Of a stretch of DNA of 39,417 nucleotides, positions 9,222 through 19,253 are shown piece by piece. Made by a program: the position numbers and the translations under genes. This DNA comes from a virus (lineage: Duplodnaviria; Caudoviricetes): IMG/VR virus record IMGVR_UViG_3300038312_000324, positions 1 to 39,417 of that record. One strand, 5' to 3'. The notes beneath the pieces were generated by a model that saw nothing but the letters and a program-made list of their open reading frames with translations, searched no databases and was not told the DNA's origin. Each line of letters starts with the position of its first letter. Within the stretch, counting starts at the first letter, position 1.

Positions 9222-10087
9222 TTGCTGAACTCCAATGAAACGCACAAATATTTTGCGTTTGTTCCTGTAGCTGTAACGTCAAAAGAAAGCACATCATCTG
9301 CATTTACAACAGAATAAGTGCTCCTGATAACAGGTGGGGTCACCGCGTTTCTTGATGAAAATTCGCCGACATCAATAGTAAGTCGCGTTGAAAAAATCGA
9401 ATAATAAGAAGGAGAGGCCGTTGCGCTTGATCGTCTACCACGTCTCACATCTATCTGCACCAATCCGCTTGTTGATGCTGTCATTACATTTGCTACAGTT
9501 TCCGTAATTTTGTATCCATCAAAATTCGGCGGAACAACCCACAACAACTTCTTTTGACCTGATTCAAGCGGTTCTGTTTCCTCATAGATAATAAAACTAA
9601 CAATTGCCTTATCAACAATTTTGTTATTCACTATTGAAAACCCGTGTTCTATACCCACAAAAGTTTCAGTGGAATCAACATACACAAATTTATTTAGAGA
9701 AACAAGGGAATTCAAACCAGCCAGTTTTGGGACTGTCACCGCGAAGGCGTCGATTTTATCAGCCGTAACCGCATTGCTTGCCAACTTCTCATTTGTCACT
9801 GCATTTTCACTGATTTTTGTAGAGCTAATGGATGAGTTAGCTATTTTTGCATTCGTTACAGCATTATTCGCAATCTTCCCATTCGTCACTGCACCAGTAG
9901 TAATTGCATTTTCTGACACCACATTATTTAATAATTGGTTGCTGTCAAAAATCTTAATCTGGTTTGCATTTGCGCGTTTGGTTTTGTTGGTTTGGGTTGT
10001 TTCGCTAGCGTCAACAATCACTAATAAATCGTTTGATGCCATATCACCAGATAATGCTGGTAGTTCACTGATCTTCTTAATTGCCAT
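9218..10087 (-). CDS. Tail/baseplate fibre protein with pentapeptide-like A[VI]TxxKIA repeats
   Basis: KKISELPA N-terminus typical of tail-fibre proteins and (N/S)AVTNxKIA repeats. Lies in the tail module. Confidence 0.65.
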   Translation of the reverse strand: MAIKKISELPALSGDMASNDLLVIVDASETTQTNKTKRANANQIKIFDSNQLLNNVVSENAITTGAVTNGKIANNAVTNAKIANSSISSTKISENAVTNEKLASNAVTADKIDAFAVTVPKLAGLNSLVSLNKFVYVDSTETFVGIEHGFSIVNNKIVDKAIVSFIIYEETEPLESGQKKLLWVVPPNFDGYKITETVANVMTASTSGLVQIDVRRGRRSSATASPSYYSIFSTRLTIDVGEFSSRNAVTPPVIRSTYSVVNADDVLSFDVTATGTNAKYLCVSLEFSK

Positions 10088-11478
10088 TAATTCACCTCAA
10101 CTCCTCTTATCGATAATTTTGTTATCATTCCGCCCGTTAAATCCGTCTCCATCATCTCAACAACACCTTTTATCTTGCGGTCATCAATCGTTTCGATTGT
10201 CACGCAGTCGTTCACACCTAATGCATGCATTGGCGCAAACGCTTGACTAATGTTCCCGTATCGGAAATTCCCATAAGTCTTCGTCCCGTAACACACTTCA
10301 CCGATACCACTGCCAGGCACCTTCTTCTTGATAATCGTTGTTTCTTGAATAAACCTTTGACGGTGATAATCACGCAAAAGCGCTAAAATCTCATCTGCAT
10401 TGTCAAGACTTACCAATGTCGCAGATTCAATTTTTATGGCATTTTTCCGAACAACATTTGACTCAGAATGAAGGTGAGATCTCATGCTGTCTACCCATGG
10501 ATAACCACTTACTTTAACTTCTCCCCCCGGTTTAGCAACAGTTAAGAATAAATAATTTGGCCCAAAAATGTACCCACCGTCGATAACCAATTCATCTCCC
10601 CCCTCAGTTACCAAACTATCCCCATACTCAGTAGCAAGGTTTATCGCAATAAAACCAACACCTTCAACCGATATGTCATAGTATGGTTTTTCAAAAACAA
10701 CCTTGTAATCACCTGGCGCTAAAACCGCGTCATAAATTATTTCTACTTTTGTGTCTGGTTGTTTTGTATACTCATGGGATATAAGCTCAATAGATGATGT
10801 CTGTTGAAGGCGATCAACATTTTGACGATTTATTTTTTGTTGACGCAAAATAGTCATCTCTGAAACTGCGCCATTGATGGGTAAAGTTATAGCATCAAAA
10901 CTTAAGCCGCCAGTGAGGGTAGAAGTAACGGTTGCACCGGTCGCAAAGGCAATCTGATGAATGGCTTCTCTCACCGTACCTGGCTTTATCCAACCCTTTA
11001 CCTGTTTGCCAATTAATGACGGCCCAATACTAAACGGGACATTAAGATCACTCAATATAGATGAAATAACCACATGAGCATCGGTTAATACGGTCCAGAA
11101 ACCTCCATCATATGACGTTTTATCCAATACACCGATAACATCTACGCAACGAAACTTATAAATGTACTCTCTCGGTGTAGACCAATCTTCAAGATAATAA
11201 TCGCCAAAATGAGTTTCTTCTTCGTCAAAAACACCATAAACAGAAACTTTCTGGCGCTGAGTAAAAGATTGTTCAAATTCGCCTATCGAAAATAAAGAAA
11301 ACCGTGGGTCAATTGAATAAACTTGAAATTCAATCTCGGATATTGGCAACTCCAATGAAGGCGGATTTATTTCGTTTACCAAGCTAGCACTTATCACGTC
11401 TTCGCCCTTAAACTCGAGCTCTTCAACACCTCTAGACGTTTCAACGGCCATGCGAATAACAACAGATGACTTACTCAT
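10087..11478 (-). CDS. Baseplate hub / tail-associated protein
   Basis: Size and position directly after the putative distal tail gene. No diagnostic motif recognised. Confidence 0.6.
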   Translation of the reverse strand: MSKSSVVIRMAVETSRGVEELEFKGEDVISASLVNEINPPSLELPISEIEFQVYSIDPRFSLFSIGEFEQSFTQRQKVSVYGVFDEEETHFGDYYLEDWSTPREYIYKFRCVDVIGVLDKTSYDGGFWTVLTDAHVVISSILSDLNVPFSIGPSLIGKQVKGWIKPGTVREAIHQIAFATGATVTSTLTGGLSFDAITLPINGAVSEMTILRQQKINRQNVDRLQQTSSIELISHEYTKQPDTKVEIIYDAVLAPGDYKVVFEKPYYDISVEGVGFIAINLATEYGDSLVTEGGDELVIDGGYIFGPNYLFLTVAKPGGEVKVSGYPWVDSMRSHLHSESNVVRKNAIKIESATLVSLDNADEILALLRDYHRQRFIQETTIIKKKVPGSGIGEVCYGTKTYGNFRYGNISQAFAPMHALGVNDCVTIETIDDRKIKGVVEMMETDLTGGMITKLSIRGVEVN

Positions 11479-11852
11479 GTCCGGTAAGGTCTCCTTGCAA
11501 TAACATCAAAACCCAGCCCAAGCCAATACGGAGTGTTGTTTCTTACTCTTATCAACCTGTCTGAAATATCCGCGAAATAGGCCTCATAAGGCGGCGTCAT
11601 GCCTATAGTGTTGGGAAGTGAAACTAAATGGAATTCATCTGGCTCAGTAAGCTTGTTATACAAAGCTTGATAAGCTACTAGATCTGTCATAAATCCGACT
11701 TCAATGCGGTAATTTCTATACCAACCAATTCGCTCACTGTGCAATTGCCCATCCTCTGTCCGTTCTGCATATTTGTATAAAGTATCAGCCTTTCTATCCA
11801 TACGCAGTATGGGACATTTATAAGGAGCGCCATCAATGATGATTAAATTCAT
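11475..11852 (-). CDS. Distal tail (Dit-like) protein
   Basis: 125 aa directly after the tape measure gene, with an RTEDG-x-L-H-x-E motif. Confidence 0.6.
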   Translation of the reverse strand: MNLIIIDGAPYKCPILRMDRKADTLYKYAERTEDGQLHSERIGWYRNYRIEVGFMTDLVAYQALYNKLTEPDEFHLVSLPNTIGMTPPYEAYFADISDRLIRVRNNTPYWLGLGFDVIARRPYRT

Positions 11853-14014
11853 AAGATATTCACTCCTTTCGCCAATGAGTTGCCTCGGCGTGTTCGCTCA
11901 TTCTCAATGTATGGGTTCATCGCTCTTACTAATGCGCCCATTGTGCCCGCAAAGTTCACGGTTATTTCCTGTTGCCCACCATTATTTTTACTGAGTTCCT
12001 CACGGATCAAGTCTCTTAACATGCTTTCAGGGGCTTCAATGTTTCGTCCGCTACGTTGATCACCTAACACGGCAGCAAATGGCGCATTAGGCGGGATAAC
12101 CGCACCAGTTGCCAATAATGGGATTTGGGGGGCTTTAATCGGGGAGATATTAAAACCAAAGCTTTTCCCGCCAAGTCCTGGAACCCAATCTGGAATTTTG
12201 ATGTTCAGTTTGTTAAGTACACCAATCACGGCATTTATCCCTGATACAATTCCTCGTATCATGCCATTGATAAACCCAATAATGCCATTGATAATATTTT
12301 TAATAAAATCGCTAATACCGCCCCAAACAGTTTCAAATGCTTCCTTGATTGGGCTTAAAATCTTTTCATCAAACCATGCTTTAGCTTTTTCCCAAGAATC
12401 CTTGATTCCATCCCAGACACCGATGACAAAATCTTTAATCCCTTGCCAAACTTTACTAAAAAACTCCTCAATCGGTTGTAGTATTTTTTCATCAAACCAT
12501 GTCGCGGCATTTCGCCATGCTTCTTTGATTTTTTCCCACACTTCCTCGACCTTATCTTTGATTTTGGTCCAATTTTCGGTAAAGAAGTTTCGGATAGGTG
12601 TAACTACTTTTTCATCAAACCATTGTTTGGCAGCATTCCATTTTTCTTTAATCTTGTCCCATGTTTCTGTAACCTTATCCTTGATTTTGGCCCAGCTCTC
12701 AGTAAAGAAATCTCTAATAGGTTTAATTACTTTTGTATCAAACCATTCCTTAGCCGCGTTCCACTTCTCTTTTATTTTGTCCCATGCTTCTAACACCTTA
12801 TCTCTAATTCTTGTCCAACTTTCAACAAAGAATTTCTTTATAGGTTGCAAAACTTTGCCATCAAACCAGTCCTTAGCACCCTGCCAGGCGTTTTTGATAT
12901 TGTCCCAAGCCTCAGTAACCCAGGTCTTGATAGCATTCCAGGCATCAGAAAAGAAAGTCTTAATAGGTTGGATAACTTTTTCATCAAACCAAGTACCGAC
13001 AGCGTTCCAGGTTTCCTTGATATCTTCCCAAGCTTGAATTGCCCATTCCTTTATCGCAGTCCAAACACCGACCGCCCATTCCTTGATATCACTCCAGCTT
13101 TCTTTCAATGGGGTGACAAGGTTTTTATCAAACCAGCCTTTTATCTCTTCCCAAGAATCTGATATATCCCGCTTGAACTGTTCCCAAATCTCAATAGCCT
13201 TAGCTTTAACCGGTTCCCACACAAATTCCTTGAACCAATCTCCCAATCCGCTCCAATCACCATCCTTAAACAACAACAAAAGACCATCGATAAATGCCCC
13301 CCAACCGTCGCTTAGGCTTGCAAATGTATCCTCAACAGATTGTTCAACCCATTCACCAATAGCACCACCGCCGCCACCGCCACCAGGAATCTTAATTTCA
13401 GGTGTTTCCTTTTTATTTAGGACATCAATTTTGTCAAAACTAGCAAGTGATCCTTTGGCAGCTTTTTCAGCTCGTTCCATGTTATCGGCATATTTGCCAG
13501 ATGACCCTCCAGCCTTTGCCATGCCGCTCGCCACATAAGTCATATATGTCGAGGACCCACTCAACGCGGCAAAAAAAGCAGCCGCTACATTCGCAGCGCG
13601 TGTCAACCAATCAACAACTTGCATAATGATAGGTAAAAGCAACTCCATCAATGGCATTAATGCAGAATACGCCGCGTTTTGAAGGTTCGTAAAAGCGAGT
13701 TCTGCTTCCGCAAACTTTTCCTTGAAACCTTCCATCTTCATCATGTCTTTGAAAAGGTTTGTAACGGCGACAATAGCAGTACCGGCCAACGCCATGCCTG
13801 AAACGATACCAATAGCGGCCATCCCACCCAGACTACTCAGTTTTGCGCCTGCAGCCTTTACGCCATTGTTCACCTTCGCAAACACACCGCTCATGCCATT
13901 GCCTACCGCGTTTCCGATGCCACGCATTTTTGCACCGACTTCCCCCAAACCTTTACTTACACCTTCAGCGTCAAGCTTTGTCTTAATTCTTACTTCACCG
14001 GCATACTGAGTCAT
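11849..14014 (-). CDS. Tape measure protein
   Basis: Long helical protein with regularly spaced W/F residues (11-aa period) and C-terminal IPLLATGAVIPPN...GDQ...EAP motifs. Confidence 0.9.
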   Translation of the reverse strand: MTQYAGEVRIKTKLDAEGVSKGLGEVGAKMRGIGNAVGNGMSGVFAKVNNGVKAAGAKLSSLGGMAAIGIVSGMALAGTAIVAVTNLFKDMMKMEGFKEKFAEAELAFTNLQNAAYSALMPLMELLLPIIMQVVDWLTRAANVAAAFFAALSGSSTYMTYVASGMAKAGGSSGKYADNMERAEKAAKGSLASFDKIDVLNKKETPEIKIPGGGGGGGAIGEWVEQSVEDTFASLSDGWGAFIDGLLLLFKDGDWSGLGDWFKEFVWEPVKAKAIEIWEQFKRDISDSWEEIKGWFDKNLVTPLKESWSDIKEWAVGVWTAIKEWAIQAWEDIKETWNAVGTWFDEKVIQPIKTFFSDAWNAIKTWVTEAWDNIKNAWQGAKDWFDGKVLQPIKKFFVESWTRIRDKVLEAWDKIKEKWNAAKEWFDTKVIKPIRDFFTESWAKIKDKVTETWDKIKEKWNAAKQWFDEKVVTPIRNFFTENWTKIKDKVEEVWEKIKEAWRNAATWFDEKILQPIEEFFSKVWQGIKDFVIGVWDGIKDSWEKAKAWFDEKILSPIKEAFETVWGGISDFIKNIINGIIGFINGMIRGIVSGINAVIGVLNKLNIKIPDWVPGLGGKSFGFNISPIKAPQIPLLATGAVIPPNAPFAAVLGDQRSGRNIEAPESMLRDLIREELSKNNGGQQEITVNFAGTMGALVRAMNPYIENERTRRGNSLAKGVNIL

Positions 14015-14598
14015 CTTTCACCATCCAATAACGCTTCAAATAATGCCAAATTCTCATTTTCTTCTTCACTCAGTAATGTTTCATCATCTGATAAATCGAA
14101 AGTAGAACCTAATTTTCTTGCTTGTTCCCGTTCATACTTATTCGCTTCACCACTCTTAATCCTGTGTCGCAAATTGACAAGTGAACAGAATGAAGTATTC
14201 GCCCCTAAATCCATAAAGAGCGCGAAAAATACCCACCAATGAAGTGTTGTTTTTTGAAGATCAATCCCATGGGTTTGCCTAAAAGCCGCATAAATCAAAC
14301 GCGCGTCCTTCTCGAAGGAATAAAGTCTGAATGTATTCGCAAAAGGGTTTCCTTCCTCCTCGCTCTCTTGTCCGCCATTCAAAAACTTCAATCCCAAACG
14401 AACTGCCTCGTTAACATCATCTGGTAAAGCATCCCTATACAACCTACTCAGTAAAAGAACGGCCTTTTCTTCAAGTGTGAATTCATCACTCTCGAAATCC
14501 AAGATGCAATCAATCCCGGTGCGATGGTCCCAATTTATAGGGTACGCAACACCGTTGATTTCTATGGCTTCCGGGAGTTCGTCGAGTAAAATATTCAC
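14011..14598 (-). CDS. Tail assembly chaperone, A118 Gp15-like
   Basis: YSFEKDARLIYAAFRQTHGIDL...LHWWVF.AL motif, typical of the Gp15 family. Confidence 0.8.
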   Translation of the reverse strand: MNILLDELPEAIEINGVAYPINWDHRTGIDCILDFESDEFTLEEKAVLLLSRLYRDALPDDVNEAVRLGLKFLNGGQESEEEGNPFANTFRLYSFEKDARLIYAAFRQTHGIDLQKTTLHWWVFFALFMDLGANTSFCSLVNLRHRIKSGEANKYEREQARKLGSTFDLSDDETLLSEEENENLALFEALLDGER

Positions 14599-14604
14599 CG
14601 CAAC

Positions 14605-15039
14605 CTACTTCATTGCTTTTGATAAAGACTTCTTCGCTAACCGCGCCTGAACTTTTTTATTTCCTGTTTCATTAAATTTATCTAAAACAAAACCTAAAAA
14701 CACAGTGAACGAATCGAAATCAAAGCCGTCCGCAAATACAATTTCGCTGGTGCCTTCTCCAAAAACATCATCTAAGCCCTTCATAAAGTAATCTGCGATT
14801 TCTAAAACCAAATCCATCGAAGGCGCAGCCTGTAATGAGAATCCATACTCATCATCACCCTCAATCGCATCAATTTCCTTAATTCTCTTGTTGAATTCTT
14901 TTTCTTTTCGGCTAGCTTCCTTGGCAAAATTGAAAATTTTTTCTCTCAGTTTTACATCATTAGCATTGAAGCGGATCACCCGCGCAGGATCATCATTTAT
15001 AGTGAATTCAAAAACTTCACCAAGCGATAAATTTTTCAT
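14605..15039 (-). CDS. Tail assembly chaperone
   Basis: Lies between the tail tube and the Gp15-like gene. Acidic helical protein with LDDVFGEG. Confidence 0.65.
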   Translation of the reverse strand: MKNLSLGEVFEFTINDDPARVIRFNANDVKLREKIFNFAKEASRKEKEFNKRIKEIDAIEGDDEYGFSLQAAPSMDLVLEIADYFMKGLDDVFGEGTSEIVFADGFDFDSFTVFLGFVLDKFNETGNKKVQARLAKKSLSKAMK

Positions 15040-15117
15040 TTACTACCTTTCTCCAAGACTTGCAGTCTATCTAAAACCTTTATGCCCCCACCCATCTTAG
15101 CGGGGGCTAGTCTGTCT

Positions 15118-15609
15118 TTATCCACCAGCGGCAGTGAACACTTTAGTTTCGGGATTAAAAGTACCTACAACAGGAGGTCCTGCATCATAAAGGGTATATT
15201 TTATTCTTGCACTTGCTGCACCTTCACCGCCAATGCTGTCAATGCCAACATTTACTGGCACTCGTTCCGCAGGCCATGCGCCAGCAGTAGGCGTTTTATA
15301 TGCCCAAACATTAACCAAATCTGTACGCAGGTCATCTAAAACCCTCATGTTAATCCGTAGGTCATCAACAAAATCAAACACCGGATCACCAGGAAGAACA
15401 ACACCCTCAATCGGAAAATTGCGGTTGTAACCAGTAATATCCGTAACCTTGTTATCCATTGTGATATCAGCCGTCTCTTCCGTCTCAGTGTTATAGTTAA
15501 TCTCACCGCTTGAAACCGCAAAACCTAATCGGTCCCATTGTGGTGTATCAATTGTTCCTGTATTCAAAAAATGTTGAATACTGGAGCGTGGGGCTTTTTT
15601 TCCAGCCAT
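15118..15609 (-). CDS. Major tail tube protein
   Basis: 163 aa, placed after the tail terminator gene, ending in GTFNPETKVFT. Confidence 0.75.
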   Translation of the reverse strand: MAGKKAPRSSIQHFLNTGTIDTPQWDRLGFAVSSGEINYNTETEETADITMDNKVTDITGYNRNFPIEGVVLPGDPVFDFVDDLRINMRVLDDLRTDLVNVWAYKTPTAGAWPAERVPVNVGIDSIGGEGAASARIKYTLYDAGPPVVGTFNPETKVFTAAGG

Positions 15610-15612
15610 TTA

Positions 15613-16026
15613 TTACCTCTCTTCAAAGTAAGTTAGTTTGCAAAGGATCTGATAGATCCCCGTTTTAGCGGCTCTGTAAATAATCGTTGCTGTGTCTAGA
15701 GCCTCAATCGACAACGCAACCTTTCCGGCATCCAATTCCGGCAAATGTCCAAGTTCAGTTTGTTCATCCAGCCAAGCAGCAAACGCCTCATAAAATTCAG
15801 CAGTCTCTAACGCGCTATTGTCCGTAAGAACCTCAGTCGCGCCAAAACCAAAAGGATACTCAACCGTGCGATTACCAATAATATCCTCAGTAACACGCTT
15901 GCCAGGTGACAGGAAAACGGCGTAATGGCGCGCTTCAGGGCCCAACATCTCCACCCAAACAGGACGGTTTTTATCCAACTTTTGGTAACTCAGTAAGTAA
16001 TTCTGGATGGACTTGATATCACTCAT
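15613..16026 (-). CDS. Tail terminator / neck protein
   Basis: Position in the head-tail joining block and a C-terminal YQI.CKLTY motif. Confidence 0.6.
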   Translation of the reverse strand: MSDIKSIQNYLLSYQKLDKNRPVWVEMLGPEARHYAVFLSPGKRVTEDIIGNRTVEYPFGFGATEVLTDNSALETAEFYEAFAAWLDEQTELGHLPELDAGKVALSIEALDTATIIYRAAKTGIYQILCKLTYFEER

Positions 16027-16451
16027 GCCACACCTCTGGCGAGTCGCTCTTCAACACCCGCCAAAATCGCATCGTAATGGATGGCCATCGCACGTTCAAA
16101 CCACTTCGGTTCGCCAGGATTGAAATCTGGATTGATGTTCTGACTTGTCTTCCTGTCTTCCAGGTTGTACTGATAACGTGAGTAAGGCGCGATCCAGGCG
16201 ACTTCACCACTTCCAACCTCAGTACCTAAAACACCCGACTTAATCAACATGGATGTAACCTTTGGGGCATACTTGTTTGACAACCTCAAAACCTCATTGT
16301 CAACAAACTCCTGTGCACTCGCATGCGCTAGATCCAACCTATCACCAAAACCAGGGTTCCAAACAAGTTCAACACGAACAGAACCATTCTCAAGCCGGAC
16401 AAACTGTGTAAACCCTCTAGGTGTTTCAACATATCGTTCATTTGCCATCAC
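16023..16451 (-). CDS. A118-like minor capsid / neck protein
   Basis: Y.P..T..L..S...APYSRYQY...WFERA pattern. Confidence 0.7.
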   Translation of the reverse strand: MMANERYVETPRGFTQFVRLENGSVRVELVWNPGFGDRLDLAHASAQEFVDNEVLRLSNKYAPKVTSMLIKSGVLGTEVGSGEVAWIAPYSRYQYNLEDRKTSQNINPDFNPGEPKWFERAMAIHYDAILAGVEERLARGVA

Positions 16452-16825
16452 ATACCACCAATCTGGATATGGCTCATCTTGGGATTTAGTGGATAGTCCT
16501 TGTAATCCACGCTCGTAACTTTTACTGAGTAAGGATATTTGCGAACCAGGTCCTCAATGCTAAAATCAGCAGTAATTTCATCCTGGACCACACCCTTTAC
16601 AAGCATGTCACCAATCTTGAAAGGAAAATTCAAACCCCTATCCACGCCACCCAAGAAGCAAGGCACATAAATAGTTGCTTTGTCGGCTTCCAACAAACCG
16701 GCCTTGATGACATTAGCGGCCTTTCTCTCTTGCCAACTCACCATAGGAACAACATGACGCGTGTAAACAGCCTTATTGTCCTTAATCGTCCTTTCATACC
16801 AGGTCATATCATGTGGCGCGTGCAT
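16448..16825 (-). CDS. Head closure protein
   Basis: Position after the adaptor and a GD.LVKG...H..I pattern. Confidence 0.6.
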   Translation of the reverse strand: MHAPHDMTWYERTIKDNKAVYTRHVVPMVSWQERKAANVIKAGLLEADKATIYVPCFLGGVDRGLNFPFKIGDMLVKGVVQDEITADFSIEDLVRKYPYSVKVTSVDYKDYPLNPKMSHIQIGGM

Positions 16826-17215
16826 TTATCCAACTCCCGTGAACATCAATCCAGTAAGTGCCAGGTACTTATCAATAGCCATATAAGTTTGTTGTTTTGC
16901 ATAATTGGCCATTACATCCACACCTGCATAACTTACTGAGTGGTCACCAATTTTTTCACTGGTAATCCCCATGGCCGCCAACTGGCTGTTTTCATTACTG
17001 CCTAAGATCTCAATCACCGCACACGTAGCCATTCGGATTTTGAAAACCAGATCCTGGTTCGTATCATCCCCAATCACTTTTTGAGCACGTTCAAGCGTGC
17101 AATGATTTACCTCAAAACTGGCCTTGAGTGCCAAAGCATCAAAAGATAAGGAAGGCGGGATGTCCACACCACCATACGTGTTTACGTAAAACTCATGATT
17201 AACAAATGCTTCCAT
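16826..17215 (-). CDS. Head-tail adaptor protein
   Basis: ITSEKIGDHSVSY...YLALTGLMFTGV motif of gp15/gp6-like adaptors. Confidence 0.75.
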   Translation of the reverse strand: MEAFVNHEFYVNTYGGVDIPPSLSFDALALKASFEVNHCTLERAQKVIGDDTNQDLVFKIRMATCAVIEILGSNENSQLAAMGITSEKIGDHSVSYAGVDVMANYAKQQTYMAIDKYLALTGLMFTGVG

Positions 17216-17226
17216 CCCAGTATTCC

Positions 17227-17388
17227 TTATTTGCTCTTGGCTTTCTTGGGCTCAGTATGAGATGTGATTTCGGGTTCTTCCGTCTTTATCGGTTCTTCCT
17301 CAACCACACTGTACCCACGGCTTTTGAAAAAGTTGACACTATGCTCAGTAACCAAAATAAAGGAACCATCCCTTACCATCTTGATCAT
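17227..17388 (-). CDS. Small head-module protein (53 aa, not in the ORF track)
   Basis: Hand translation MIKMVRDGSFILVTEHSVNFFKSRGYSVVEEE...KSK. ATGA overlap with the upstream ORF. Confidence 0.55.
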   Translation of the reverse strand: MIKMVRDGSFILVTEHSVNFFKSRGYSVVEEEPIKTEEPEITSHTEPKKAKSK

Positions 17389-17513
17389 TTCGAACCGCCT
17401 TTCTTGGACTTAGAAACAACCTTTTTAGGAGCTTCATCCTCTTTCACCTTTTCAGGCTGCTTGAGTTCAGATTCTTTCTTGGGCTTTTCAATACGTCCAA
17501 CGATTCGTGCCAT
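17385..17513 (-). CDS. Small Lys/Glu-rich protein after the major capsid gene (42 aa, not in the ORF track)
   Basis: Hand translation MARIVGRIEKPKKESE...KGGSK, starting 2 bp after the capsid stop. Confidence 0.55.
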   Translation of the reverse strand: MARIVGRIEKPKKESELKQPEKVKEDEAPKKVVSKSKKGGSK

Positions 17514-17515
17514 GA

Positions 17516-18388
17516 TTACGCCTTGTTATGCAGATACACGCCTTTGACTTTGTTTTCGTACACATCGGCAAGGCCATAAGCACGGAAGTTGAATTTCCAA
17601 CCATCAGCATCCTGAACCTGGTCAGGGCTAAAGATTTTGGTCACTTTGTGTTTGGTGTATTGCAGAAGTGCGGGTTTGTGGATGATCATGAAGTTAATAT
17701 CCTTGCCAGCAGTGGCTTTTGCATAACCACCGGCTTCCTCACCCGCTGTCGTGCCATCTTTTTGTTCAATCGCAGTGTAGAAACGGGCTTGAGGAACCTT
17801 AGTAATAGCAGCAAAAGTATCAAGAACCTCACGGCTTTCAGTGGTGTTCAAGCGCATAATCGCATTGATCAGCGTAGGCGTAGCGAACAAGTAGCGTTCA
17901 CTTTCAGGTACTTCGGCATCATCCAGGGCGGTTGTTGCATCAATAAGCGCAGCCATGAATGCAGCGCCATCAGCAATAGTGCCAGCCTTCGTAGTGCCAG
18001 CAAGTTCTGCATATTTCGCAAAACGGAAAGCGTCCATCTCAGGAACAACTTTCGTTCGAATAAACTCACCAGCAAGTTGACCAAAAGCGACACCGGCAGT
18101 TTCTTCATTGTCCATCGCATCAACAATGAATTGGCGGCCACGGTCAAAATTAAATTTCACCGTCTCCATCACCAAGCTCACATTACCGGCAACATACTTA
18201 CCACCACCAGCGCGATCAATATTTGCCAAACCATCCATACTGATTTTTGGAACAATAATTTCATTCGCGTTCGCACCATCTCTGGCTAATTCACTGGAAG
18301 ATTCAAGACTAGCCGTTTTAGATTCAACTTGATAGACTTCATCAAGCAAATCAATATATTTCTTAAAAAGGGCAATGTTATTTGCCAT
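17516..18388 (-). CDS. Major capsid protein
   Basis: 290 aa following the scaffold gene, with DRGR.F.VD.MDNEET...VVPEMDAFRF and INFMIIH motifs. Confidence 0.85.
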   Translation of the reverse strand: MANNIALFKKYIDLLDEVYQVESKTASLESSSELARDGANANEIIVPKISMDGLANIDRAGGGKYVAGNVSLVMETVKFNFDRGRQFIVDAMDNEETAGVAFGQLAGEFIRTKVVPEMDAFRFAKYAELAGTTKAGTIADGAAFMAALIDATTALDDAEVPESERYLFATPTLINAIMRLNTTESREVLDTFAAITKVPQARFYTAIEQKDGTTAGEEAGGYAKATAGKDINFMIIHKPALLQYTKHKVTKIFSPDQVQDADGWKFNFRAYGLADVYENKVKGVYLHNKA

Positions 18389-18396
18389 TATTTACC

Positions 18397-18921
18397 TCAC
18401 TCTTTCTTTTTAGGCGGCAACCCCATAATTCTTCGCTCACGATTAGTCGGCGTGTCATCATCGGTTACCTCTTTCGTGTGTTTGACGCCATCAACCTGTT
18501 TGGTTTCAGGCTCAGTAAACTTCTTATTCTCAGCAAGGAAAGCTTTCAGGTTCTTATCAAAATCACCTTCCATTTTTCCTACGCGAAAAATCACGTAATC
18601 CGCATCATCGGCTTTTACGCCAGCCTTAATCACCGCAAGTTCGCGTTGTAACTCGGTGTTCTTGGCAATTTGCGTTTGATATTCTTTTTCGCGTTCGGCA
18701 ATCTTTTCAGCTTCCGATTGTTGAGATTTTTTCCACTCAGTAAAAGCTTTCAGCTCATCTTCGCCAGGGTATTTCGCTCTTTCGCGTGCTAAGCGTTCAC
18801 CAACGATCCGATCTACATCAGCTTGAGTGTGGGTTTTTTCCGGCGTAGCCGTAGGTTTAGTTTCCGCAACTTCTTGCGTTTCTTCCTGGATATTCTCAGT
18901 AATTTCGGCATCTTGGGCCAT
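18397..18921 (-). CDS. Capsid scaffolding protein (DUF4355-like)
   Basis: KTHTQADVDRIVGERLARE motif and a charged coiled coil, directly upstream of the capsid gene. Confidence 0.8.
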   Translation of the reverse strand: MAQDAEITENIQEETQEVAETKPTATPEKTHTQADVDRIVGERLARERAKYPGEDELKAFTEWKKSQQSEAEKIAEREKEYQTQIAKNTELQRELAVIKAGVKADDADYVIFRVGKMEGDFDKNLKAFLAENKKFTEPETKQVDGVKHTKEVTDDDTPTNRERRIMGLPPKKKE

Positions 18922-18967
18922 TGCAAATTCCTCCGTATAGTGCTCGTCAGCAAATTAGAGAAATCGA

Positions 18968-19068
18968 AGTTAAAACAAAAAACCCATCACACGGGCCATT
19001 ATTTCAAATGACATGTGACGGGCGATAAACTCCGAAAACTCTATTTAGTTGTTACTTGAATTATAACA
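18968..19068 (-). promoter_or_regulatory. Late promoter, structured leader and terminator/attenuator, copy 1
   Basis: TGtTATAAT (19068-19060), AACTAAATAG, a hairpin at 19022-18983 with a UGAAAU loop, then TTTTTTGTTTTAACT. Homologous to 25552-25651. Confidence 0.75.
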
Positions 19069-19073
19069 CAAAA

Positions 19074-19253
19074 TCAAACAGTATTAGTTTCAATAATGTC
19101 TTCATTTATTACTGATATATCGCCTTCAATTTCTCCTAGCTCGATCGCCAAGGCAAATTCAGCGCGATACCCAGTTAAACCATACCGCTTCCGTATGATC
19201 TCTAATTGCTGATCATGTGGTAAATCCTTTAGTTCGATTACTTTTTTATCCAT
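19074..19253 (-). CDS. Small 59-aa protein, candidate immunity partner of the minor capsid C-terminal domain (not in the ORF track)
   Basis: Hand translation MDKKVIELKDLPHDQQLEIIRKRYGLTGYRAEFALAIELGEIEGDISVINEDIIETNTV. Overlaps the 3' end of 19238..21043. Confidence 0.55.
   Translation of the reverse strand: MDKKVIELKDLPHDQQLEIIRKRYGLTGYRAEFALAIELGEIEGDISVINEDIIETNTV

Noticed and set aside
6634-10087. Diversity-generating retroelement or invertible tail-fibre cassette
   Set aside because: There is no reverse transcriptase or invertase, and I saw no template/variable repeat pair or flanking inverted sites.
14011-15039. Programmed -1 frameshift between the tail chaperones
   Set aside because: I found no convincing slippery heptamer near the end of 14605..15039, and the second gene has its own start.
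15084-15107. Intrinsic terminator after the major tail gene
   Set aside because: A GC-rich hairpin is present but has no immediate U-tract on the coding strand. It may be a stabilising or partial-termination structure, so it was not called.
9621-18289. Long antisense ORFs (9621..10250, 12198..13037, 17528..18289 and similar)
   Set aside because: They are shadows of repetitive or biased phage structural genes on the opposite strand.
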